Shown: positions 16,844 to 26,601, counted from the first letter of the stretch. The stretch is 64,000 nucleotides of DNA from an uncultured cyanobacterium (GCA_963793425.1 CAWCAG010000005.1:768001-832000); one strand, 5' to 3'. A program made the numbers and translations. The notes: generated by a model from the letters alone, not told the origin.

Positions 16844-17938
16844 ATGAAACCAACAAAAATTCTCATTGTTGAAGATGAGATTATCACCGCTAGGGATATA
16901 TCTTTAAAATTGCAAAAGCTTGATTATCAGGTAGTTGGTATTGCTGATTCTGGAAATGTTGCCCTGGAAAAAGTAGCTGAATATGAACCAGATTTAGTGC
17001 TGATGGATATAGTTTTGCAGGGGGATATAGATGGTATAGAAGTGGCTCAACAAGTTCGCCATTCCTTCAATATTCCTGTGATTTATTTGACTGCCTATGT
17101 TGATCAAGAAACTTTACAAAGAGCTAAAATAACTGAACCTTTTGGTTATATTCTCAAACCTTTTAAAGGGCAAGAATTACGTACCCATATCGAAATTGCT
17201 TTGTATAAACATAAGTCAGAAATAGAAATCCGTCGTGCTTTAGCTAAGCAAAAAGAATTAAATGAGCTTAAATCTCGATTTATTACCCTTGCTTCCCATG
17301 AATTTCGTACTCCTTTAACAGCGATTCTCGGCTCTACTGAATTGCTGAGACATTATGGAGAAAGTTTACCACAAAATAAAATAAATCATTATCTTGAAAA
17401 AATCAAAGCTACTATTAAAGGAATGACAAATACTTTAGATAGTATTTTAACTCTTAGTCAAGCAGAAGCGGATAAAATTATTTTTAAACCAGTCCCTTTG
17501 AATTTGGGTGAAGTTTGTCAAGATGTGGTTAGAGAGTTTCAAGGAGATGAGGAGGAAGAGAAAAGGATTGTTTTTATTGATAAATGTCTATTAAATTCTG
17601 TTTTAGCAGATAAGAATTTAATTCGTTATATTATGACTAATTTATTAGTTAATGCGATTAAATATTCTCCTAAAAATAGCAAAATATTGTTTTCTTTAAT
17701 TTGCCAACAGGAAGAAGCTATTTTGACAATTGAAGATAGGGGAATTGGTATCCCATCAGAAGAGTTGGATAAGCTGTTTGATTCTTTTTATCGGGCTAGC
17801 AATGTAGGAGATATTCCAGGAACTGGTTTAGGTTTATCTGTAGTTAAGCAATTAGTTGATTTGCATGGTGGCAATATAAAAGTAGAAAGCGAGTTAGCAA
17901 AAGGAACAACTTTTACAGTTGCTTTACCGTTAGGGTAG
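16844..17938 (+). CDS. Hybrid response regulator receiver - histidine kinase
   Basis: KILIVEDE, PDLVLMDI, YILKPF receiver; ASHEFRTPL H-box; NLLVNAIKYS, DRGIGI, GTGLGL. Starts 2 nt after the upstream stop. Confidence 0.93.
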   Translation: MKPTKILIVEDEIITARDISLKLQKLDYQVVGIADSGNVALEKVAEYEPDLVLMDIVLQGDIDGIEVAQQVRHSFNIPVIYLTAYVDQETLQRAKITEPFGYILKPFKGQELRTHIEIALYKHKSEIEIRRALAKQKELNELKSRFITLASHEFRTPLTAILGSTELLRHYGESLPQNKINHYLEKIKATIKGMTNTLDSILTLSQAEADKIIFKPVPLNLGEVCQDVVREFQGDEEEEKRIVFIDKCLLNSVLADKNLIRYIMTNLLVNAIKYSPKNSKILFSLICQQEEAILTIEDRGIGIPSEELDKLFDSFYRASNVGDIPGTGLGLSVVKQLVDLHGGNIKVESELAKGTTFTVALPLG

Positions 17939-18078
17939 AGAGTGAAAGTATTTCCACTTATAAATAAACTAATAATTTCGAGTATTTACGGCTTACTCAT
18001 GGAACTTTATTTCTGCTATAGTATAATACTAGTTGATTATATGTAAAAAATATGGATACATACTATACAGATTAGATA

Positions 18079-19688
18079 ATGCACAGAATTATTTCTTCCC
18101 ATCTAAAGACCTTCTCTAAAGAGCATGAAATTGAATCCAGTAAAGAAACAGAAAGGTTTGAGCATTTTGTTAATTACTGCATAGCCTCCAAATATTATTC
18201 TGGACGTATAGATACATCTGATATTACTACTGATAATGATGATGCAGGTATAGATGGAATCATTATCATTGCTGACGGAGAGTTAATTACTACAGAGGAA
18301 GAGATTAGTGATATTTTCGAGTCTCATAAAAGGAATATTGAAATAGATTTTATTTTTGTACAAGCTAAGACTTCAGAAAAATTTGAGAAGAGTCAAATTA
18401 CAAACTTTGGTGAAGGAGTATATGACTTTTTAAGTGAAGACCCAGAGTTGCCTCACGGCGATTTACTGTTAGAAGCTCATAAAATATTTAGTAAGATAAT
18501 TGATAATGTTTCTAAAGTGAAAGGTGGAAAACCTAATGCTAAGACTTACTTTGTTACAACTGGCATATGGGACGAGCCTAGAGAGTTATCTGCATCCTTA
18601 AAGACAAATCAAAAAAAAATAGACAGCACGGGGTATTTTGGAAAAGTAGAATGTCTAAAAATAGACAGAGATGAATTAATTAAACTATGGAGCAGTATTC
18701 ATCAACCAGTCGAGGCGACAGTGAGAGTTAAAGGATATGTTCCCTACGAGAATATCAAAGGAGTCGAAGAAGCTTATATCTGTGTTATTCCGGCTAAGAA
18801 TTTCATCAACTCTATCCTAAAAGATGATGAAGAGCATATTAAAAGTGGGATTTTTGATGAGAATGTGAGAGCTTTTTTGGGGGCAGATAATTCTGTAAAC
18901 TCAAACATCAAAGCTACTCTAAATTCAAGCGAAAAAAGAGATCGTTTCGCTATTTTAAACAACGGAATCACCATTGTTTCACCAGATGTGAGAGTCCAGA
19001 GTGATAGCATCAGCATATTTAATTATCAAATTGTTAATGGTTGCCAGACAAGCCATGTGTAGCAGATGAAAAATTCTTGTCCCTTAAGTCAAAAGCAAAA
19101 AATGTAGAAGTTTATTTTAACAGTTGTAATGATGATGTAAATGAGGATTCAAAAATCTATTTTGAAAGGAGAGAAAAGCAGTATGCTGGTATGGGAATAT
19201 CAGACTCAAAGATTTTTGATATAAGAACTGTAGCCCGTGCTTTTTCTGCAATGTTCCTAGAAATTCCTCATACAGCAGCAAACTATCCAACACAGATTTT
19301 TCAGCAGTCAGGAAATAAATTGTTTCAAGATGAACATAATGAAATTGCTTATTATTGTTCAACCCTTGCTTTCTATAAGTTTAAGAAGCTTTTCAATAGC
19401 AAAAAACTTCCTAAAAACTCTATAAAATACAAATGGCACACACTAATGCTATTAAAGTATGTGATAAAGGATAAAGAAGACACCCCAAAGTTAGAGTCAA
19501 AAAAAATAACAAAGTACTGTCAAGATATTATTAAAGTTTTAAGTAGTCCTCGCGAGGAGTTTATAGACAAATACGAAAGGTGCATGGAAATAATAGAAGC
19601 AGGTGGCTGGGTGAGTAAAGATAGGCTAAAGACTTCTAAGCATACTGAAGAGTTAAAGCAAATCTTAGCTGGTAAAAAAGTTAAATAG
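18079..19688 (+). pseudogene. AIPR-family (abortive infection phage resistance) gene split by an internal deletion and frameshift near 19058-19060
   Basis: D.GIDGI, FVQAKTS, IFDENVRAFLG, FAILNNGITIV and YQIVNGCQTSHV, then an immediate stop. The C-terminal half (VADEKFLSLK...YFERREKQY) continues in another frame; the usual TNSQ segment is absent. Confidence 0.8.
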
Positions 19689-19798
19689 TGAGTTGTTTGC
19701 AGAACAATTTCTTGAATACGTAATCTTCGCCGTAATTTGGAAGGTGCAAACTCCGTCATTTAAAATCTAGCTACATAGCACAATACTCCTTTTAGATT

Positions 19799-20425
19799 AT
19801 GAGCATCCTTTCCCCAACGGCACAACCCGAATCCCAAACCCCAAACTCCCCGGAAACACGATACTATTCTCCAGAGGAATATCTCGCTTTAGAAGAAGCG
19901 GCAGATTATCGAAGCGAATACATTAACGGGGAAATTTTAACTATGGCAGGAGGCTCTACTAATCATAATCAAGTTGCTGGCAACTTATACATTGAACTCG
20001 GCTTTGCTTTCAAAAAGCTAGATTACCGAGTATTTATAGCCGATGTACGTTTGTGGATTCCCGCTAAAAATACTTATACTTATCCTGATGTAATGGTAGT
20101 CAAAGGAGAACCAGAGTATCATAATAATCGCACTGATACCATTACCAATCCTTCACTAATTATCGAAGTACTCTCAAAATCAACTCAAAGTTACGACCGC
20201 GATCTTAAATTTCGCAGCTATCGTAGCATACCAACATTCCAGGAATATTTACTCTTTGAGCAAGATGAAATTTATGTAGAACAATATGTTAAAACAGATA
20301 CTAAGCGCTGGTCATTGCAGGAATATGATGAAACAGATGAAGCAATATCCTTTGCTGCTTTAGAAGGCAAAATTGCCCTCACTGATGCTTATAACAAAGT
20401 GAAATTTGCCCAAGAAGTACTTTAA
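19799..20425 (+). CDS. Uma2 family (DUF820) endonuclease-like protein
   Basis: YSPEEYLALE....RSEYINGEI..MAGG..NH, YTYPDVMVV, IIEVLSKST..YDR..KF..YR.I. Confidence 0.92.
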   Translation: MSILSPTAQPESQTPNSPETRYYSPEEYLALEEAADYRSEYINGEILTMAGGSTNHNQVAGNLYIELGFAFKKLDYRVFIADVRLWIPAKNTYTYPDVMVVKGEPEYHNNRTDTITNPSLIIEVLSKSTQSYDRDLKFRSYRSIPTFQEYLLFEQDEIYVEQYVKTDTKRWSLQEYDETDEAISFAALEGKIALTDAYNKVKFAQEVL

Positions 20426-20507
20426 CTTTTGAATCACTGACTTAACGTTGTTCCTTGCTCTCAACAAATAGGCTACATTGAGGAAGTGTGCTTTTCAACA
20501 AGATTAA

Positions 20508-22331
20508 ATGACCATCCCTGCAAATTCACCCAGGAAAAGAAACCGCGAGAATGATTGGCGGTTGTTTCTAAAACTTCTTCCCTACGCCCGTCGCAATCAA
20601 ACAATCTTCTTTGTTTCCCTCGCTTTATTAATTCCCCTTTCTTTAGCTGGGGCAATCCAACCTCTGATTATTGGACAATCTATATCGCTATTGCGAGATG
20701 AACCTAGTTGGGGTTTTCTACAAGATTTGAGTTTAGCAGAAGGATTAAATACCCTTGTGGGCTTACTTTTGCTAACTATAATTTTACGGTTATTATTTAG
20801 TTCCCTCCAAGGCTATTTAGTACAGAAAGTAGGACAAGAAATCACCGCAGGAATTCGTGAGGACTTATTTGCCCACGTTACTTCCTTAGCAATGCGTTTC
20901 TTTGATAAAACCCCTGTAGGGAGGCTGGTAACACGCTTAACTAGTGACGTGGAAGCTTTGGGAGATGTTTTTGCTACTGGGGCAATTGGCATTGTTAGCG
21001 ACATCGTTAATATTTTAATTATTATTGTCACCATCTTTTTATTGCAATGGAAATTAGCTTCCTTGCTTATTTTGATGTTGTTACCCATGACGGCTTTAAT
21101 TATTTACTTTCAACATCAATATCGCCAAGCTAATTATAAAGTAAGAGAAGAACTTTCTACCCTTAATTCCATGTTGCAAGAAAATGTAGCTGGTATTAAT
21201 ATTGTGCAGTTATTTCGCCGGGAAAGCTTCAACGCGAAGATGTTTCGCCGGGTTAACCTCAGTTATCTCAAAGAAGTAGATAAAACTATCTTCCACGACT
21301 CAGCTATATCTGCTTCTTTAGAATGGATTTCTTTAGTAGCGATCGCAGGAGTATTATTATTAGGAGGTCGGGCTGTTTTAGGAGAAACTCTTACCTTCGG
21401 AGTCTTATCAGCTTTTATTCTTTATGCCCAGCGTTTCTTCGATCCTTTAAGGCGATTTGCTGAGAAGTTTACCATGTTGCAAGCTGGTTTCACTGCTATT
21501 GAACGCATCAGCGAATTAATGAGTGAACCTGTAGAGATTAAAGATGCTGAAGGGTTACAGCTTAAAAATTTGCAAGTTAATAATTCCCTCAGTTCTAGCA
21601 AAAGTGGTGAGATTAAATTTGAGAATGTTTCCTTTGCTTACAAAGACGATGATTATGTCATCAAGAACTTAGATTTTACCATCCATCCAGGAGAAAAAAT
21701 TGCTTTAGTTGGGCCAACCGGGGCTGGGAAAAGTTCAATTATTCGCCTTCTCTGTCGCCTTTACGAACCTACTAAAGGGCGTATTATTATTGATGGCATT
21801 GATATCCGCGACTTAACCCAAGAAGAATTACGTCGTCATGTTGGTGTCATACTTCAAGAAAGTTTTCTTTTTGCCGGAGATGTGAAGCGTAATATTACCT
21901 TGGGAGAATCCTATAACTTAGAAGAAGTTAAGCAAGCTGCGATCGCCACGAATATTGATAACTTTATCCAACAACTACCCCAAGGTTACGCGACTCAATT
22001 AAGAGAAAGGGGTACTAACTTATCTGGAGGACAAAAACAACTCCTCGCTTTTGCCCGTGTTGCCATTCGTGATCCTCATATTTTAGTTTTAGATGAAGCC
22101 ACAGCAAGTTTGGATGTGGGGACAGAAGCCTTAATTCAAGAAGCTTTAGAGAGCATTTTAGCAGAAAGAACCGCTATTATTATCGCTCACCGCCTTTCTA
22201 CCATTCGCGATGTAGATCGGATTTTTGTACTTAAACGAGGCGAGTTAATCGAGTCAGGAAGTCATGAAGAGTTATTGAATCAAGGGGGTATGTATGCAAG
22301 TTTGTATCGTTTGCAAATGCTTGAAGATTAG
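20508..22331 (+). CDS. ABC transporter, fused permease and ATPase (MsbA/MdlB-like exporter)
   Basis: N-terminal transmembrane domain; Walker A GPTGAGKS, signature LSGGQKQ, Walker B ILVLDEAT, IAHRLST. Confidence 0.93.
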   Translation: MTIPANSPRKRNRENDWRLFLKLLPYARRNQTIFFVSLALLIPLSLAGAIQPLIIGQSISLLRDEPSWGFLQDLSLAEGLNTLVGLLLLTIILRLLFSSLQGYLVQKVGQEITAGIREDLFAHVTSLAMRFFDKTPVGRLVTRLTSDVEALGDVFATGAIGIVSDIVNILIIIVTIFLLQWKLASLLILMLLPMTALIIYFQHQYRQANYKVREELSTLNSMLQENVAGINIVQLFRRESFNAKMFRRVNLSYLKEVDKTIFHDSAISASLEWISLVAIAGVLLLGGRAVLGETLTFGVLSAFILYAQRFFDPLRRFAEKFTMLQAGFTAIERISELMSEPVEIKDAEGLQLKNLQVNNSLSSSKSGEIKFENVSFAYKDDDYVIKNLDFTIHPGEKIALVGPTGAGKSSIIRLLCRLYEPTKGRIIIDGIDIRDLTQEELRRHVGVILQESFLFAGDVKRNITLGESYNLEEVKQAAIATNIDNFIQQLPQGYATQLRERGTNLSGGQKQLLAFARVAIRDPHILVLDEATASLDVGTEALIQEALESILAERTAIIIAHRLSTIRDVDRIFVLKRGELIESGSHEELLNQGGMYASLYRLQMLED

Positions 22332-22470
22332 AGTTAGCTAATAAATCCTGCATCCTGAAAGTGATTAAACCTGGTGAAAGTTAGTTAGAAAGTAGCTTAT
22401 TGCTTAACTACGCTCAATGTGAGCCAGCTTTAGGCTACAATTAAAGGCTGTGATTATTTTTCTTAAGACA

Positions 22471-22833
22471 ATGAAAACTGAAGAAATCATCCGCTCTATA
22501 GAAGCAGAACATATTAAAAAGGATCTGCCTACTATCCATATTGGCGATACCGTCCGGGTTGGGGTACGGATTCGCGAAGGCAACAAAGAAAGGGTACAGC
22601 CTTACGAAGGTACAGTCATTGCCCAACGTAACGGCGGTATAAGTGAAACCATCACTGTCCGCAAAGTCTTCCAAGGAGTAGGAGTAGAAAGGGTCTTTTT
22701 GCTTCATTCTCCTCGTATCGACAAAATTAAAATTATCCGCCGTGGTAAAGTTCGTCGAGCTAAATTGTATTATTTGCGCGATCGCGTTGGTAAAGCAACT
22801 CGTATTAAACAGCGTTTCGACCGCTCTATTTAA
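22471..22833 (+). CDS. rplS: 50S ribosomal protein L19
   Basis: [23 protein letters not shown]...GVGVERVF...[15 protein letters not shown] at 22471. Confidence 0.97.
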   Translation: MKTEEIIRSIEAEHIKKDLPTIHIGDTVRVGVRIREGNKERVQPYEGTVIAQRNGGISETITVRKVFQGVGVERVFLLHSPRIDKIKIIRRGKVRRAKLYYLRDRVGKATRIKQRFDRSI

Positions 22834-22903
22834 ACAACTTGTGCCGCATTGAGTTACAATAAACGAGAGACAGGCTTAACTTTGGAGTAAAATCCGAAGC
22901 TCT

Positions 22904-22976
22904 GCGCTCTTAGTTCAGTTGGTAGAACGCGGGTCTCCAAAACCCGATGTCGGGGGTTCAAGTCCTCCAGGGCGCG
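22904..22976 (+). tRNA. trnW: tRNA-Trp (CCA)
   Basis: Cloverleaf GCGCTCT...AGGGCGC; anticodon loop CT-CCA-AA (22937-22939); T-arm GGTTCAAGTCC; canonical position before secE; 3' CCA not encoded. Confidence 0.97.
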
Positions 22977-23193
22977 CTCTCAAAAAGCAATAAAACAAGT
23001 GCTTTTATCTTGGCTAGTCCTAGTAAAAGCATCCCCTGACCTGTGTTAGACTTCAATGTAAGAGATAACGCAATTTCTGGGAATGTAATTAAAAGTGAGT
23101 GCAGAACTTTAAAACCTTAGAGTTCTTAGATTTTGTACTTTATAAATTCCCACATCATAAGCTATTCGGAATTAACGGGGGAGGGAATGGATA

Positions 23194-23433
23194 GTGGCAA
23201 AAAAAGACGTAGCACCAAAAGAAATAGCAACGGCTCAAGAAAGCAAAAGTTCTTCTGGGTTAGGTAAATTTTTCCAAGAAACTCAAGAGGAACTAAAAAA
23301 AATAGTTTGGCCATCTAGACAGCAGTTGATCAGCGAATCAGCCGCTGTAATATCAATGGTGATCTTGGTTGCTACACTTATTTATTTTATCGACAAACTC
23401 TTCGCATGGGGAGCAGAGAAGGTATTCGGATGA
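23194..23433 (+). CDS. secE: Preprotein translocase subunit SecE
   Basis: EELKKIVWPSRQQL followed by one TM helix; synteny trnW-secE-nusG. Confidence 0.96.
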   Translation: MAKKDVAPKEIATAQESKSSSGLGKFFQETQEELKKIVWPSRQQLISESAAVISMVILVATLIYFIDKLFAWGAEKVFG

Positions 23434-24053
23434 GTTTTGCAGAAGATGAGTCACCAGAAATACCAGAACAAGAGGCTCAAAGAAAACCAAAAAGCGGTCG
23501 CTGGTATGCCGTACAAGTCGCTTCTGGTTGTGAGAAGCGGGTAAAAGCCAACTTAGAGCAGCGCATCCATACCCTAGATGTGGCTGACAAAGTTTTTCAG
23601 GTACAAATCCCCCATACACCAACGGTAAAAATCCGTAAAGATGGTTCTCGCCAACATAGTGAGGAGAAAGTTTTTCCTGGCTACGTTTTAGTTAAAATGA
23701 CCATGGACGATGACGCTTGGCAAGCGGTGAAAAACACCCCTAATGTCATCAACTTCGTCGGTGCAGAACAAAAGCGCCGTTATGGTAGGGGGAGAGGCCA
23801 TGTTAAACCAATGCCTCTAAGTCCAGGGGAAGTAGAACGTATCTTCAAACAAACCCAAGAACAAGAACCAGTAGTCAAAATCGACATGGCTGTGGGAGAC
23901 AAAATTGCTGTTCTCTCTGGGCCATTTAAAGAATTTGAAGGAGAAGTAATTGAAGTTAGCCCAGAAAGGAGCAAATTAAAAGCACTTCTCTCTATCTTTG
24001 GGCGAGATACACCAGTAGAATTGGAATTTAATCAGGTTGAGAAACAAAATTAA
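23430..24053 (+). CDS. nusG: Transcription termination/antitermination factor NusG
   Basis: [23 protein letters not shown] motif [24 protein letters not shown] 23430 overlaps the secE stop (ATGA). Confidence 0.97.
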   Translation: MSFAEDESPEIPEQEAQRKPKSGRWYAVQVASGCEKRVKANLEQRIHTLDVADKVFQVQIPHTPTVKIRKDGSRQHSEEKVFPGYVLVKMTMDDDAWQAVKNTPNVINFVGAEQKRRYGRGRGHVKPMPLSPGEVERIFKQTQEQEPVVKIDMAVGDKIAVLSGPFKEFEGEVIEVSPERSKLKALLSIFGRDTPVELEFNQVEKQN

Positions 24054-24055
24054 AG

Positions 24056-24481
24056 ATGGCAAAAAAAGTTGTTGCGCTGATTAAGCTAGCCTTACCAGCA
24101 GGGAAAGCTAACCCAGCTCCTCCCGTAGGCCCTGCATTAGGTCAACATGGTGTCAACATCATGGCATTCTGTAAAGAATACAACGCCCGTACTGCTGACC
24201 AAGTAGGAACGGTGATCCCCGTAGAAATTTCGGTTTATGAAGACCGGAGTTTTACCTTCGCCCTAAAAACTCCACCAGCCTCAGTTTTGATTCGTAAAGC
24301 TGCGGGGGTGGAAAAAGGAGCGAGTGAACCAAACAAACAAAAGGTTGGTACAATTACCCGCGCCCAACTCCAAGAGATAGCCCAAACAAAAATGCCTGAC
24401 CTTAATGCTAATGATATTGAGGCAGCGATGAAAATTGTCGAAGGCACTGCTCGTAACATGGGCGTTGGCGTTGAGGGTTAA
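24056..24481 (+). CDS. rplK: 50S ribosomal protein L11
   Basis: [22 protein letters not shown]...KTPPAS. Confidence 0.98.
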   Translation: MAKKVVALIKLALPAGKANPAPPVGPALGQHGVNIMAFCKEYNARTADQVGTVIPVEISVYEDRSFTFALKTPPASVLIRKAAGVEKGASEPNKQKVGTITRAQLQEIAQTKMPDLNANDIEAAMKIVEGTARNMGVGVEG

Positions 24482-24506
24482 AGTAAAATTAAGCATAAAA
24501 GCAAAC

Positions 24507-24538
24507 TAGGGGAGAAGCCAAAGCTTCGTTAAGACCCA
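24507..24538 (+). promoter_or_regulatory. Putative L1-binding autoregulatory mRNA site in front of rplA
   Basis: GGGGA-GAAGC-caaa-GCTTC-gttaag-ACCC: two stems around an asymmetric loop, adjacent to the rplA SD AAGGAG. Confidence 0.5.
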
Positions 24539-24549
24539 AGGAGAAATAA

Positions 24550-25266
24550 ATGGCCAAAAAACTATCCCGTCGCATCAAAGCGGCTTTAGCAAAAATTGAA
24601 GACCGGGCTTACGAACCCTTAGAAGCTATCAACCTCATGAAGGAAACAGCCACAGCCAAGTTTGAGGAAACGGCTGAGGTGCATATCCGCTTAGGAATTG
24701 ATCCTAAATATACAGACCAACAGCTACGAACTACTGTTAGCTTACCCAAAGGTACAGGACAAGAAGTACGGGTAGCAGTAATTGCTAGGGGTGAAAAAGT
24801 CACCGAAGCCCAAGAAGCTGGCGCTGATGTGGCGGGTTCAGAAGAATTGATTGAAGAAATCCAAAAAGGTATGATGGATTTCGATATCTTAATTGCTACC
24901 CCAGATATGATGCCAAAAGTAGCCAGGTTAGGCCGCTTACTGGGTCCTCGTGGCTTAATGCCCTCCCCAAAAGGAGGAACTGTCACAGCAGATTTACAAA
25001 GTGCGATCGCCGCATTTAAAGCTGGTAAATTAGAATTTCGCGCTGACAGAACAGGCATTGTTCATGTTATGTTTGGTAAGGTATCTTTCCCCAGTGAAGA
25101 CCTTTTGGTCAACCTCAAAGCCTTACAGGAAACTGTAGAACGCAACCGTCCACCGGGAGCGAAAGGCCGTTACTGGCGGAGTATGTATGTTTCTTCCACT
25201 ATGGGACCATCTGTAGAGGTAGATATCACTGCTCTTCGAGACATAAAAACCCTTGAAGCTGCTTAA
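24550..25266 (+). CDS. rplA: 50S ribosomal protein L1
   Basis: [35 protein letters not shown]. Confidence 0.98.
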   Translation: MAKKLSRRIKAALAKIEDRAYEPLEAINLMKETATAKFEETAEVHIRLGIDPKYTDQQLRTTVSLPKGTGQEVRVAVIARGEKVTEAQEAGADVAGSEELIEEIQKGMMDFDILIATPDMMPKVARLGRLLGPRGLMPSPKGGTVTADLQSAIAAFKAGKLEFRADRTGIVHVMFGKVSFPSEDLLVNLKALQETVERNRPPGAKGRYWRSMYVSSTMGPSVEVDITALRDIKTLEAA

Positions 25267-25318
25267 AAATAAGGAGAATTTGCTCAATAGCATTAACTAA
25301 ACAATTAAATCGGCTTAT

Positions 25319-25470
25319 GCCAAAGACAGCAGGGGATAGCTTACTAACTTAATTATCCTGCCGAGGTTAATGCCTGGAGTTTATGTCATCACGAATTACG
25401 GCGGTGGTGTATATCTAAAAACTCTGAGCAAATTCTTAACAACCCCGGCATCAAGTCGGGGTTGATTTTT
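25319..25470 (+). ncRNA. Ribosomal protein L10 leader
   Basis: CCAAAGACAGCAGG...TAA..ATCCTGCCGAGG core upstream of rplJ, followed by hairpin AACCCCGGC..GTCGGGGTT. Confidence 0.8.
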
Positions 25471-25474
25471 GGGG

Positions 25475-25520
25475 TTTAATGTAGCCTACGGCAAGGAAGT
25501 GCGCCAACAATGATCAATGA
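25475..25520. repeat. Small dispersed repeat (AGCCT..CGGCAA...GCG) embedded in an AATG(T/A)T(T/C) heptamer array
   Basis: Related copies at 62235-62260 and 62429-62481. Confidence 0.55.
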
Positions 25521-25540
25521 AATAAGGAGGTGAAAAGAAT

Positions 25541-26107
25541 ATGGGACGAAGCTTTGCAGATAAGCAAGAAGTTGTTGCCAATCTAATCGAAGAATTGAGC
25601 GATACTCAACTGGCCTTAGTTATAGACTACAAAGGTTTATCCGTTGCTGAAATTAGCGAATTGCGGAATCGCTTACGTCCGACTGGTACTACTTGCAAAG
25701 TCACTAAAAATACTTTGATGAATATTGCCATCAAAGAGGACGAAAACTGGCAACCAATGCAGGAATTTCTCAAAGATTCCTCAGCATTTTTGCTAGTTAA
25801 AGATGACCTTGGTGGTGCAATCAAGGCCTACCAAGGATTTCAAAAAGAAACTAAAAAAACCACCTTCCGTGGTGGTGTGATGCAAGGGAGGGCCTTAAGC
25901 GAAGACGATGTTAAGGCGATCGCGGAACTACCATCGAAAGAGGAACTTATGGCCAAAATTGCTGGCGGACTCAATGCCTTAGCTACCAAGTTAGCTGTAG
26001 GTATCAACGAAGTACCAACTTCTTTGGGTCGCGGCATCAACGAAGTACCTGGTTCCCTAGGTCGAGTCTTACAAGCTGTTTCTCAGCAAAAAGAAGGCGG
26101 CGAATAA
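25541..26107 (+). CDS. rplJ: 50S ribosomal protein L10
   Basis: IDYKGLSVAEISELR, KVTKNTL, LPSKEEL; SD AAGGAGGTG. Confidence 0.97.
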   Translation: MGRSFADKQEVVANLIEELSDTQLALVIDYKGLSVAEISELRNRLRPTGTTCKVTKNTLMNIAIKEDENWQPMQEFLKDSSAFLLVKDDLGGAIKAYQGFQKETKKTTFRGGVMQGRALSEDDVKAIAELPSKEELMAKIAGGLNALATKLAVGINEVPTSLGRGINEVPGSLGRVLQAVSQQKEGGE

Positions 26108-26156
26108 TTATTTACGCCCCTAAATCCAAATTTAAAACAATACAAGGAGAGTCTAA

Positions 26157-26552
26157 ATGTCTGCTACAACCGACGAAATCTTAGAAAAATTAAAATCCCT
26201 AACCTTATTAGAGGCTTCTGAATTAGTTAAACAAATTGAAGATACCTTTGATGTCAGTGCTGCTGCTCCTGTGGGCGGTATGATGGCCATGGCTCCTGCT
26301 GCTGCTGGTGGCGGTGCATCTGCGGCTGAAGAAGAAGAGCAGACCGAATTTGATGTTATTTTAGAAGACTTCGGTGCTAACAAAATTGCTGTCCTAAAGG
26401 TAGTACGTTCTATCACTGGTTTAGGTCTTAAAGAGGCTAAAGAAGTCGTGGAATCTGCTCCTAAGCCTGTTAAAGAAGCCGTAAGCAAAGAAGATGCTGA
26501 AGATATGAAAAAGCAGCTAGAAGAAGCTGGTGCTAAGGCTAGCGTTAAGTAG
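26157..26552 (+). CDS. rplL: 50S ribosomal protein L7/L12
   Basis: [33 protein letters not shown]. Confidence 0.98.
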   Translation: MSATTDEILEKLKSLTLLEASELVKQIEDTFDVSAAAPVGGMMAMAPAAAGGGASAAEEEEQTEFDVILEDFGANKIAVLKVVRSITGLGLKEAKEVVESAPKPVKEAVSKEDAEDMKKQLEEAGAKASVK

Positions 26553-26560
26553 AAGAAAGT

Positions 26561-26593
26561 TTGTAGAGACGTTGTTGTTTCGCGTCTCTACAA
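26561..26593. repeat. GTAG-type palindromic REP-like element, possibly also the rpl operon terminator
   Basis: TTGTAGAGACG-N11-CGTCTCTACAA, a perfect 11-bp inverted repeat. Confidence 0.65.
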
Positions 26594-26601
26594 CTTAGCT
26601 T

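Noticed and set aside
19041..19688. Second AIPR ORF as an independent gene or programmed frameshift product
   Set aside because: It has a TTG start with no SD and no slippery sequence, and a conserved segment appears to be missing, which fits a deletion.
22904..22976. tRNA-Trp as an integration site
   Set aside because: No integrase and no duplicated tRNA 3' end were seen; the rplS-trnW-secE-nusG order is intact.
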